Shown: positions 9,461-18,514, counted from the first letter of the stretch. The stretch is 64,000 nt of DNA from Parcubacteria group bacterium (GCA_041674205.1 JBAYWF010000001.1:149003-213002), one strand, 5' to 3'. Notes: generated by a model from the sequence alone, not told the origin. A program made the numbers and translations.

Positions 9461-9489
9461 CTTCCGCTCATTTTCAAAATGGGCGGGAG
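9461..9489 (+). other. intercistronic hairpin without U tract
   Basis: CTTCCGCTCATTTT-C-AAAATGGGCGGGAG inverted repeat. Confidence 0.55.
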
Positions 9490-9553
9490 AATAAAGATCT
9501 AAGGATAATTAATTACTTGCATAAGTAAGTACCTAAGTAAGTATTAAAACAAT

Positions 9554-10897
9554 ATGGTGAAAATATTGAAAAGCCTTACAATCGTCATTGCCATCGCGGC
9601 CATCGCGGGGGGAGCATCCTATTCGTTTTTCTCCGACACGGAAACGTCGACTGGCAATATGTTCACGGCGGGGGTTATCAATTTAAAAATTGATAATTCA
9701 AGTTATGCCATAGATTCTGTTATTCCTGGGTTTGATGATCCGGTGGGAGATTTGGTTGCGAGTCCGCACAATACCTGGTCCTATGACAACCTCACCGATC
9801 AACTATTTTTCAATTTTGAAGATTTGAAACCGGGGGATATAGGGGAAGACACGATCGGTTTGCAAGTTTCCAGTAATGACGCTTGGGCGTGCATGAAGGT
9901 GGACATAACGGACACTCCTGAAAATGATTTGATAGATCCGGAAGCGGAAGCGGGGGACAAGACGGAAAAGAACGGGGAGCTTCAAGATGAGCTAAGTTTC
10001 GCTTTTTGGGCGGATGACGGGGACAATGTATATGAAGATGAGGAAGTCATGCTTGACGACGGCAATCCAGGCATATTTTTAGAAGGAAAAGCCGCGGATA
10101 TTTTCAAAAATAAATTTATTACGCTGGCTGATTCAACGACTGATGTGTGGCCTGGCGGCAATGGACATCCGATAATTGCAGGCGAAAATTATTATATTGC
10201 TAAGGTTTGGTGCTTTGGAGAATTGACCCCGGCACCTGTCTCATCCGGAGATGGAGATCCTCTCCATCGCGGAACCGGATTTTTATGTGATGGAGACTCA
10301 GTTTCCAGCGCGTCTCAAACGGATGGGATAAAAGCGGATGTGACGTTTTATTCGGAACAAGCCAGGAACAATCCGCAGTTCGTTTGTTATCAGCAGGAGT
10401 GTTCGGCTGATGCTGTCTATACGTCAGAGGTCGTAAGTAATATCCAAGGCACGCTTAATGACGGTAGTCCCGTCATTGATCCGGATCGGACTGACCCGGA
10501 TGAAGCCAATGGTCCGCCGGATTGGGTTAGCGGAACCGGTACGAACTTTTATAGTCTGGGTAAGGATGGGACGGTGACTTTGAAATTTGCCGATATGGTC
10601 GGCAATGGTAATGGAAATGACCTCGCTGTCTATGAAGTGACCAATGGGCGCGATTCATATCCGCTGGAAAGTGCGGATGTGGAAGTGAGTCTCAATGGAA
10701 AGACTTGGTATCCTGTCGGCGTAGCTACGAGTGAACCTGGTGGGGATGGCGTTTCATATTTTGACATATCTTCCACCCCTCTTTCAATGTTCAAATATGT
10801 AAGACTGGCTGATTCGACTGATTTCTCTTTGCACAACAGTATTTCCGACGGGTTTGACTTGGATGCGGTTGGCGCTATCTACGGGGAATGTGAATAA
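9554..10897 (+). CDS. TasA-like SipW-dependent secreted protein 2 with C-terminal surface-protein beta-sandwich
   Basis: SYSFFSDTETSTGNMFTAG signal, DLKPGDIGE, SQTD..VTFYSEQARNN; C-terminal SLG..G..TLKF/DLAVYE/FDLDAV module. Confidence 0.85.
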   Translation: MVKILKSLTIVIAIAAIAGGASYSFFSDTETSTGNMFTAGVINLKIDNSSYAIDSVIPGFDDPVGDLVASPHNTWSYDNLTDQLFFNFEDLKPGDIGEDTIGLQVSSNDAWACMKVDITDTPENDLIDPEAEAGDKTEKNGELQDELSFAFWADDGDNVYEDEEVMLDDGNPGIFLEGKAADIFKNKFITLADSTTDVWPGGNGHPIIAGENYYIAKVWCFGELTPAPVSSGDGDPLHRGTGFLCDGDSVSSASQTDGIKADVTFYSEQARNNPQFVCYQQECSADAVYTSEVVSNIQGTLNDGSPVIDPDRTDPDEANGPPDWVSGTGTNFYSLGKDGTVTLKFADMVGNGNGNDLAVYEVTNGRDSYPLESADVEVSLNGKTWYPVGVATSEPGGDGVSYFDISSTPLSMFKYVRLADSTDFSLHNSISDGFDLDAVGAIYGECE

Positions 10898-10944
10898 TCA
10901 TTGCTAAATAGGTGTCCCATTGCGTGTTATAAAAATATATCTCA

Positions 10945-12027
10945 ATGAGTAAAATTCTAACAAGATTTTCTAGAAACCTGATTATAGCCATTTTTATTTT
11001 AGCTATGGGGGGATATGAGACGTATGCTTGTGTCGTGCAAGGCAAGGAGCCTTTTTGGCATAACTTTCCCGATAAGAAATTGGATTTGGAGATAAGTTAT
11101 GCCGGATATTATAATAAGGATGCCGACAACCATCCTAATGCGGGAAGCTGGCGGCAACAGGACCTGACTACGCAGAAATTTTTTGATTTCTATGATATCA
11201 AACCGGGCGATTTCGGTGAGGGCACAATCGGTTTGCGCCTCAAACACCAAGACGCTTGGGGTTGTGCTACCATCCGTCCGACCGAAAACGATGATAACGG
11301 CTCCACTGAACCGGAATTGCTCGAGGATGCGCAAAATGCGGCAGCTGATAAATGGGATGGCGAGTTGGCGAAAAAAATTAATTTTAAGATCTGGGCCGAT
11401 GTTTGTTCGAAAAGATATGTGAAAGCGGGCGATAACGTTTTTCAGCCTGATTGCGATCGGCTTATAACCAGCGGTACCGGTCCGTTGCAGGAGCTTAACT
11501 TGGTTTTGGCTGACGCTGAAAATCCGAATGTTTTCAATGGGAATATAGGACCGCTCAAAAAAAACAAAAACTATTATATAGGCGTAGATTGGAATATCGA
11601 TTCGGATGTCGGCAATATCATCCAAACTGATTCATATAAGGCAGACATAACTTTTTTTGTCCAGCAGTCGGACGGCAACCAGGACTTCCGTTGCGCGGAT
11701 ATCCGTAATGATGATCCGGATAAATGCGCGGATGGCGCCATACGCAATTGTTATTCAGGTGATTTCGATAAAATCGATATCGGCATCTGTCGAAGCGGGA
11801 CTGAAGCTTGCGTTCAAGGAAATTGGGGAAATTGTTCCGGAGAGATTTTACCTGACAAGGAAATCTGCAAAGACAATCTGGATAACGACTGTGACGGGCA
11901 AATCAATAAAGGATGCCCGCCGATATGCCAGCGCGTGAGTGATTGCGATGACCACAATTCAAAAACCGATGACAACTGCGTGAACAAAGAATGCGTGCAT
12001 GCGGAGAAAAAGAACTTAAAGCGGTAA
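10945..12027 (+). CDS. TasA-like protein 3 with Cys-rich C-terminal repeats
   Basis: DIKPGDFGE, GNIIQTDSYKADITF core; tail GIC..G...C, EICKDNLDNDCDG, CDDHNSKTDDNC. Confidence 0.75.
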   Translation: MSKILTRFSRNLIIAIFILAMGGYETYACVVQGKEPFWHNFPDKKLDLEISYAGYYNKDADNHPNAGSWRQQDLTTQKFFDFYDIKPGDFGEGTIGLRLKHQDAWGCATIRPTENDDNGSTEPELLEDAQNAAADKWDGELAKKINFKIWADVCSKRYVKAGDNVFQPDCDRLITSGTGPLQELNLVLADAENPNVFNGNIGPLKKNKNYYIGVDWNIDSDVGNIIQTDSYKADITFFVQQSDGNQDFRCADIRNDDPDKCADGAIRNCYSGDFDKIDIGICRSGTEACVQGNWGNCSGEILPDKEICKDNLDNDCDGQINKGCPPICQRVSDCDDHNSKTDDNCVNKECVHAEKKNLKR

Positions 12028-12050
12028 CACATAAGATAATATGAAAAGAT

Positions 12051-12707
12051 ATGCTAGATAAAATTTTTAAAATTTTAAAAAATCTCATTTGGACTGCAAT
12101 CGTCGCATTTCTGATTTTGATCGGCATAACATTCATTCCGATCAAAGGAAATTACAAGGTTTATACGGTACAATCAGGTTCGATGGAGCCAGCTATCCAT
12201 ACCGGCAGTTTGATTTTTGTCAAAAGCCAGGAGGATTACAACGTCGGTGACATTGTAACGCGGGCGACCAAAGATCCAAGAGTGACTGTCACGCATCGTA
12301 TCATTTCTAAAAAAACGGAAGGTAGTAAGGTAGTATTTGAAACCAAAGGAGATGCTAATGAGGATCCAGATAGGGAAAGCGTAAGCCAAGATAGGATTAT
12401 CGGCAAGGAATTTTTTCAGATACCGTATATCGGTTATCCAGTCGGATATGCTCGGACGATGCCAGGATTCATCATTCTTATAATTATCCCAGCTGTAATT
12501 ATCGTTTATGAAGAGATTAGGAAAATCAAAGAAGAAATCGTGAATATTTGGAAAAAGAAAAATGGGAAAGAAGATCTGCCTGCGGAAGATCATTTATTGG
12601 AAAAGAAATATGTTCGGGTGTCGAGAGAAGATAATATCTCAAATATAAGTTTTGAAACTAAGGAAAATCAGACTAAGAAAGAAAAAATCAGTCGGAAAAA
12701 AAGATAA
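12051..12707 (+). CDS. sipW: signal peptidase I, SipW (ER-type, S26B)
   Basis: VQSGSMEPAI catalytic Ser, VTHRI His, ETKGDAN, IPYIGY. Confidence 0.9.
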   Translation: MLDKIFKILKNLIWTAIVAFLILIGITFIPIKGNYKVYTVQSGSMEPAIHTGSLIFVKSQEDYNVGDIVTRATKDPRVTVTHRIISKKTEGSKVVFETKGDANEDPDRESVSQDRIIGKEFFQIPYIGYPVGYARTMPGFIILIIIPAVIIVYEEIRKIKEEIVNIWKKKNGKEDLPAEDHLLEKKYVRVSREDNISNISFETKENQTKKEKISRKKR

Positions 12708-12752
12708 TTCTTTTAAGGAGGTTTGCGCGGGCCATATAAAAAACATTCAAAT

Positions 12753-13181
12753 ATGAAAGAGATTTACAAATCATTGGCACGGATTTCCATCGTAACCTTT
12801 CTGGTTGTTTTTTTCTTTGATATGAATCGTATTATTGGCACTAATTCTTCTTTTGGTGATATGGAATTGTCTTCAGATAATTCGTTTGTTGCTGGAAAGT
12901 GGGAGGAAAAAACAGATGCCATACTCAAAATCAAAGATCTTAGTTTGCCTGAAGATAAATTGGACACGGTAATTTTTCCTACGATAAGCGAGCAAGTTGA
13001 CAGTCCGCTATCTGAGCCGTCCTTGCCTGTGGATGATGATGTTTATGCTCAAGAAGAGGTTCCCAATGAAGAGGTTCAGAGTGTTCTTGATGCTGAAGAT
13101 CCGGTAGAACAGGAGCAACCTTTGCCATCGGATGAGTCGGACGCTCCGGCTGTGGATGGAGAGGAACAGGAATCATTGTGA
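12753..13181 (+). CDS. small SipW-substrate protein with acidic Pro-rich tail
   Basis: TNSSFGDMELSSDNSFVAGKW matches the SipW-cognate motif; low-complexity D/E/P tail. Confidence 0.7.
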   Translation: MKEIYKSLARISIVTFLVVFFFDMNRIIGTNSSFGDMELSSDNSFVAGKWEEKTDAILKIKDLSLPEDKLDTVIFPTISEQVDSPLSEPSLPVDDDVYAQEEVPNEEVQSVLDAEDPVEQEQPLPSDESDAPAVDGEEQESL

Positions 13182-13367
13182 TAAACACTTGTGATGTAAT
13201 CCAGGATATTTATTCAATGGGAAGTGGATAGGATGGGACTGCTACAATAATCGGCAATCAATGCCGTTTTTTTGTTTTTTACGCTTTTATTGACAAACCA
13301 ATCCGGTTGGGATAGCTTGGAAGCAACCAATAAAATCAAAATACAACTTAAATAAGGGAGGAGCCAG

Positions 13368-14561
13368 ATGAAAGGGATCGAAAGGATCTATTGTGATTTT
13401 GCGGTTCAGACCGTTTTGGGCGCCGCATTGGATTTGATGCGGACTCCCGTGGCGGAGGTTATCAGCAAGCAAAAAATCGGTAAAAGGGACACTTTAGGAA
13501 TGGACGCCGTGCCGGAAAACAGCATCCGTGAAGCGGTCGATGGGTTTTTTATCAATCCGGTGTTGGTGACTGAAGAAACGGACCACATCACCCGGACGTA
13601 TTGGCCGGAAGATTCCGATCCTGACAAACAACCATTGATGTTCTTTGCCGATCCGATGGATCGGTCGACCAAATTCGGGCGTTTTCTGAAACATTTTCCG
13701 GCCACTTGCGGAAAAAGCGAAATCGATTTGGTCGGTGATGTGATCGCTTCTCCGGAAGCGGCCGGGTATTGGGAGAGGGAAATCGACAGCATCTCGCCGA
13801 TTATGATTTCCGGCGCGACTATCGCCCTGACTTGCGTGAACCGGGGTAACATAGTCGTTTCCGCGGTTATGAATATTATGACCCGGACGATTTTCGTCGC
13901 TTGTCCTAGCGGAGTATATTCATTCCAAATTTGCGGGGATATGGATCAGATGGGCAAAATCCACTCCGCTATCAACCTGCGGATGGTTGAACGGCGGGGT
14001 AAAAAAATCCATTTCGGGTTCAACAAAAACAGATGCAAAATCAGGGATGATTTTATCCGGTTCGTATCCTATGTCGGCAACGCCGATTATGTGGATAATC
14101 TGTCCGGTAGCGGCATTTTGCCGGACTACCAGTCCCATTTGTACCACGATTGTCCCGGCGGTCCCTCAAGGATCCTGTTCCTGTCCGATTTCCAGCCTGT
14201 TGACTTGCCGATCGGATTTATTTTGGCGAACGGGGAGAAAATCGGCGAGTGGATCCATTGGTTGGCGTACGTCAAATTCGCCAAGGACGCCCAGGGTAGG
14301 AACCTCTTCAATATTTATGAAGTCACCCTGGTGCACCCGTGCACGAACAACAGCATCTTAATGTCACCGTTGCCGCCGTATTCGATTTTCCGGCACAAAA
14401 GCAATAGTGCCAGAAGTTCGTTTCTGAATCTCAGCCGCCTGCGCGATTTGGATCGGCCGAGCAATTTCCGGTCGACGGTTATCGTGACCAGGGCTGACAA
14501 CATCCATGTGAAGAACATTATGTATGGCAAAGGCTTCCACGAAATCAGCGCGTCGCTTTGA
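13368..14561 (+). CDS. divergent inositol monophosphatase/FBPase (FIG)-like protein
   Basis: D..PE, LVTEE and FFADPMDRS resemble the IMPase EE and DPxDGT motifs; strong SD GGGAGG. Confidence 0.5.
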   Translation: MKGIERIYCDFAVQTVLGAALDLMRTPVAEVISKQKIGKRDTLGMDAVPENSIREAVDGFFINPVLVTEETDHITRTYWPEDSDPDKQPLMFFADPMDRSTKFGRFLKHFPATCGKSEIDLVGDVIASPEAAGYWEREIDSISPIMISGATIALTCVNRGNIVVSAVMNIMTRTIFVACPSGVYSFQICGDMDQMGKIHSAINLRMVERRGKKIHFGFNKNRCKIRDDFIRFVSYVGNADYVDNLSGSGILPDYQSHLYHDCPGGPSRILFLSDFQPVDLPIGFILANGEKIGEWIHWLAYVKFAKDAQGRNLFNIYEVTLVHPCTNNSILMSPLPPYSIFRHKSNSARSSFLNLSRLRDLDRPSNFRSTVIVTRADNIHVKNIMYGKGFHEISASL

Positions 14562-14580
14562 TCGAACGGATCGCTATGCG

Positions 14581-14621
14581 TAACCCGTCCTGTTTTTTTC
14601 TCAGGGCGGGTTATTTTATTT
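14581..14621 (+). terminator. intrinsic terminator
   Basis: TAACCCGTCCTG/CAGGGCGGGTTA stem plus T-rich tail. Confidence 0.7.
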
Positions 14622-14679
14622 CAAACGAAAAAAGATGGCGGGAAGCCATCTTATTTTTTGCGGAAATTAACTTTTTCTT

Positions 14680-15789
14680 CTAATCAGTCGGGTCGATCAG
14701 TTCCAGATTGCGCGTGTGCCAATTCAGGACGGCCGTTTTTTTGACCATCAACTTGAACATATCAGGATGTTCCTTTTGGATGACCTCGGAAGCATATTGG
14801 CTTAAAAATTGCGACTTCAATTCGGCTCGGGCTTTGTCCACGCCGATTTCCGAATAGGGGGCCGAAGTCAGAAGCAGGAAGCCGTCCTTGGGGATCATCC
14901 CGCGCTCCATATTTGATTTGATGATGCCGGCCGCGGTCTTGATCGGTCCGCTGATGTCGGGACTGTATGGTCCGATGATGAGCGCGATGTTGGGCACGTG
15001 CAAAAAGTCGAAACCGCGTCCGATGCAAATGATCCATTCGCGATGCACCGAATCCAGTTCCAAATTCCGGTGGGCGTTGCGGATGTCGGCGATGTGTTCG
15101 ATGTTGCCGGTGACCAGCGGCAACAAATCGCGCAACACTTGGTCGGGCATATCCGGATACATCGCGCGCAATTTGTTGGTCAGGAATTCTTTGGATGGGT
15201 CCGTGCTTTCAGCCAGATTGAAAATTTCTTTGTTTTCCCCGTCGTGGAGGATTATCGCGTCTTCGTCGGTTTCGATTCCGCAAATCAACGGATAGACAGC
15301 CTGGTGGTTTTGGCCGAAAATATATTCCGCTTGCTTTTTGACTTCGAAAACGTGCTTGACGGCGGCAGCGCAATCATATTGGAAGCCGGCGCATCCCCGG
15401 TGTCCGTCGCCTTTGGAATAGTGGTAGGTGATGATCATCAGGACCCGGCGGGAATCTTCGATGGCGGCATTGACCGTGTTATAGAGCACTTCGCCCAGAT
15501 ACGGCCAGCCCAAATCGAACATTCCGCCGATATTGCGGAAAGGCTTGATGATACCCAGGGGGGTCTTGGTCGCGTAGGGCAGGTGGATCCGGCCGTCCAT
15601 ACATTTTAAAGCGATTATCATCGTCGGATGTTTGGCGGAATATCTTTTGCGGGAAAGATAGGCATCGGAAGAACAGTAGGCATCGGAATGTTTTTTGCTC
15701 AAATCCAAGAGCCAGTCGATCCGTTCCTGGATCGGCATATGGTAGATATCCGCTTCGCGGGCATCGATGTATTTATTGATTTCCTTCAT
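14680..15789 (-). CDS. CsoSCA-like beta-class carbonic anhydrase
   Basis: CMDGR and YHYSKGDGHRGCAG supply Cys/Asp/Arg and His/Cys zinc ligands with CsoSCA-type spacing; ATG 15789. Confidence 0.7.
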   Translation of the reverse strand: MKEINKYIDAREADIYHMPIQERIDWLLDLSKKHSDAYCSSDAYLSRKRYSAKHPTMIIALKCMDGRIHLPYATKTPLGIIKPFRNIGGMFDLGWPYLGEVLYNTVNAAIEDSRRVLMIITYHYSKGDGHRGCAGFQYDCAAAVKHVFEVKKQAEYIFGQNHQAVYPLICGIETDEDAIILHDGENKEIFNLAESTDPSKEFLTNKLRAMYPDMPDQVLRDLLPLVTGNIEHIADIRNAHRNLELDSVHREWIICIGRGFDFLHVPNIALIIGPYSPDISGPIKTAAGIIKSNMERGMIPKDGFLLLTSAPYSEIGVDKARAELKSQFLSQYASEVIQKEHPDMFKLMVKKTAVLNWHTRNLELIDPTD

Positions 15790-15937
15790 ATAGGTGGATT
15801 GCAATAATATTAGCGTGCTGTTTCAAAGTATAGTTCTTGGACCGGCAAAGTCAATATTGGACAAGCCGTTCCGGATTATGATAAAATTGCCACTTGATAT
15901 GGCAGCTTAACAATAAAATCAGACCGGTGGGGTACAT

Positions 15938-16393
15938 ATGTTGAAATCGAGACTTGTTAAATTGGGAGCGGATAAAAAAAGTTTCGCGATTGTCAGACGT
16001 GATATGGCGGAACTGCCGAATGGCATACTCGAAGCGGAAAGCATATTGTGGAATCTTTGGGATGTCGGGGTGAAATTCGGCCAAGAATATCCCAGTGGCA
16101 TACGGTTCAATGCCGAACCTTTGATTCTGGATCTGTATGATTTTCGCGGTGCCCGGAATAGCAACTTCGGATTTTCAGTCGGGCGGGCGGATAAGATCGG
16201 AACCGTGGCCCGGATACTGATGTTCGAATTGGTGAACGGTATGCAGGTTTTTTGGGATTCGGGGTTGGAAATTCCGGAAGTCCGGCAAGTCATCGAGGAG
16301 ATCGACGCGTATGCGGACTCGCAAAGCCTGATTAAAAATGACATCCGGCTGATGGATTACAACGGTGCTTTCGGGGTGAGGGACGCGGAATGA
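15938..16393 (+). CDS. hypothetical protein (151 aa)
   Basis: ORF with SD-like GGTGGGG, upstream TGATAAAAT -10 and downstream hairpins. Confidence 0.6.
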   Translation: MLKSRLVKLGADKKSFAIVRRDMAELPNGILEAESILWNLWDVGVKFGQEYPSGIRFNAEPLILDLYDFRGARNSNFGFSVGRADKIGTVARILMFELVNGMQVFWDSGLEIPEVRQVIEEIDAYADSQSLIKNDIRLMDYNGAFGVRDAE

Positions 16394-16557
16394 ATTTTTC
16401 CGGAAAAATCGCCTATGTTTCAAAAAAACATAGGCGCAAAAAAGGGTGGCTGGTCATTGACCGATCACCCTTGTTTTATCAGGGCGGGTTTGACAAAAAC
16501 CGCGAAACGGGCAATCATAGGCGTAACGTAAAACAGCGGCTCTTTGAAATATAGGCG

Positions 16558-16585
16558 GGCTCCGAAAAATCGGAGGCTTTTTTTG
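16558..16585 (+). terminator. terminator-like hairpin in purC leader
   Basis: CTCCGA-AAAA-TCGGAG followed by GCTTTTTT, downstream of a TTGACA near 16490. Confidence 0.45.
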
Positions 16586-16616
16586 TAGCATTCAAAAAGA
16601 AAAGAAAGGAGAAGAA

Positions 16617-17507
16617 ATGAAGACCGTAGTAGAAACAAACTTTGATGATCTGCATCTGCTCCATCGTGGCAAGGTCCGCGATCTCTATGAAGTAGAAGAT
16701 AAATTGCTTATGGTGGCGACCGACCGCATCTCCGCCTTTGACGTGGTGATGAATGAGCCTATCCCCAACAAGGGGGTGGTGCTGACCAGCCTTTCCTTGT
16801 TCTGGTTCGATTATCTGCGGGATATCGTGCCCAACCATCTCATCTCCGCTGATCCGGCTCAATATCCCGCCGTCTGCGCCTCCTACTGCGAACAGCTTGA
16901 AGGGCGGAGTATGTTGGTGAAAAAAGCCAAACCCCTGCCCGTGGAATGCATTGTCCGGGGCTATCTGTCCGGTTCATTCTGGAAGTCCTACCGGGAGAAC
17001 CCCACGGTCTGTGGTTTTGCCCTGCCGGCCGGCCTGCAAGAATCGGAAAAACTGCCGGAAATCCTCTTCACCCCCTCCACCAAAGCGGAGCTGGGGACCC
17101 ATGATGAGAACATCTCGCTTGATCGGATGGCGGAGATGGTTGGGCGGCAGGAAACGGAAAAAATCGCTTCCATTTGCAAGCGGTTATACAGTAAGGCCGC
17201 CGATTATGCCCGCAAGCGTGGCATCATCATCGCCGATACGAAATTCGAACTGGGTTGGTATGAGGGCGAGCTGATCCTCATCGATGAGGTGCTCACCCCG
17301 GACTCATCCCGCTTTTGGCCGGCATATGATTATGTGGTCGGCCGGGGGCAGGCTAGTTTCGACAAACAGTTCTTGCGGGACTATCTCCTCACTCTTGATT
17401 GGTGGCCGCAGACCCCGCCGGCTCCACCTCTCCCATTTGATGTGATTGAGAGAACCATGGAATGTTACAGTGACGCCTGTGAATGGTTGACGGGCCGAAC
17501 TATGTAG
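16617..17507 (+). CDS. purC: SAICAR synthetase
   Basis: GKVRDLY, ATDRISAFD, ECIVRGYL, TPSTKA, ADTKFE, DEVLTPDSSRFW, SFDKQFLRD. Confidence 0.97.
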   Translation: MKTVVETNFDDLHLLHRGKVRDLYEVEDKLLMVATDRISAFDVVMNEPIPNKGVVLTSLSLFWFDYLRDIVPNHLISADPAQYPAVCASYCEQLEGRSMLVKKAKPLPVECIVRGYLSGSFWKSYRENPTVCGFALPAGLQESEKLPEILFTPSTKAELGTHDENISLDRMAEMVGRQETEKIASICKRLYSKAADYARKRGIIIADTKFELGWYEGELILIDEVLTPDSSRFWPAYDYVVGRGQASFDKQFLRDYLLTLDWWPQTPPAPPLPFDVIERTMECYSDACEWLTGRTM

Positions 17508-17527
17508 TTTTCTGTGCGGCTTCCTTG

Positions 17528-17591
17528 GCCTCGTTGCGACATTATGTCCTTACACTAGCGTGTGTATGGACGTCGCGGCGAGGCTTTTTTT
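17528..17591 (+). terminator. intrinsic terminator
   Basis: CCTCGTTGCGAC...GTCGCGGCGAGG stem plus TTTTTTT. Confidence 0.7.
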
Positions 17592-17716
17592 AATCTTTTT
17601 CATAATTAAGCCGGTTATGGCACAAAAAACGATCCAAGCTTGTACTAAGGCAATGGAACTAGGGCGGCCGGTTTTTGAAAAGGCGGCCAAAGTTTGTGAT
17701 TATGATAAATATAAAT

Positions 17717-18514
17717 ATGAAAAAAGGACATATCTGGGGAATAATTTTTATTTTAGCCGGCTTGGGAGGAGGTTATTTTTTGGCGGCGCTAAATGACAAC
17801 GGATCAAGGCGGATAAGCGTGCCGGCCGATTTCCGGAACGAAGACATTTCAAGGGTCAAAAATAATTTGCAGACGGTCGAAATGGGTATGGGCGGACAGG
17901 CGCCTTTGGAAAGCGCTCCGGACAAACTGGTGGAATTCGACGTTCCTTTCGTCGTCCAGGCTCCGACCGCGAATTGGGACGATCCTGTTTTCCAGAACGC
18001 TTGCGAAGAAGCGTCGATCATTATGGCGATGGGATGGGTCAGAGGGACTAAATCCATATCTTCGGCTGACGCGCAAAAGCAGATATTGGATCTGGATGGT
18101 TTTGAAATGAGGACTTTCGGTTATAGCTATGACACCGATGTTTCCGACGTCAAACGCATCTTCGAGGAATATTACCACCATCCCGGCGTTTCGGTCCGCG
18201 AGGATATAGCGGCTCCCGATATCATAAAAGAATTGCAAGCCGGCAACCTTGTCCTGGTTCCGGCTTTCGGCCAGGCGCTCGGAAATCCCAATTATACCTA
18301 TCCCGGTCCGGTCGTACATATGCTGGTCGTCCGGGGATATGATCCCGATAGAAGGGAATTCATCACCAATGATCCCGGAACGAAACGGGGTGCCGGGTAT
18401 CGGTATGGCGAAAAAATTTTGTTGGACGCGATCTGGCGATATCCGAGCGGGCAAGGTGTTCCGCCGGTCCCTGTAGGAAATTTTAAAAAAGCGATGGTGG
18501 TCGTTGCGAAATGA
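17717..18514 (+). CDS. membrane-anchored C39-like cysteine peptidase
   Basis: N-terminal TM; VPFVVQAP, QNACEEAS (Cys), HMLVVRGYD (His), TNDPG (Asp). Confidence 0.85.
   Translation: MKKGHIWGIIFILAGLGGGYFLAALNDNGSRRISVPADFRNEDISRVKNNLQTVEMGMGGQAPLESAPDKLVEFDVPFVVQAPTANWDDPVFQNACEEASIIMAMGWVRGTKSISSADAQKQILDLDGFEMRTFGYSYDTDVSDVKRIFEEYYHHPGVSVREDIAAPDIIKELQAGNLVLVPAFGQALGNPNYTYPGPVVHMLVVRGYDPDRREFITNDPGTKRGAGYRYGEKILLDAIWRYPSGQGVPPVPVGNFKKAMVVVAK

Noticed and set aside
16515-16616. purine, ZTP or PRPP riboswitch before purC
   Set aside because: None of their consensus elements could be recognised and the leader is short.
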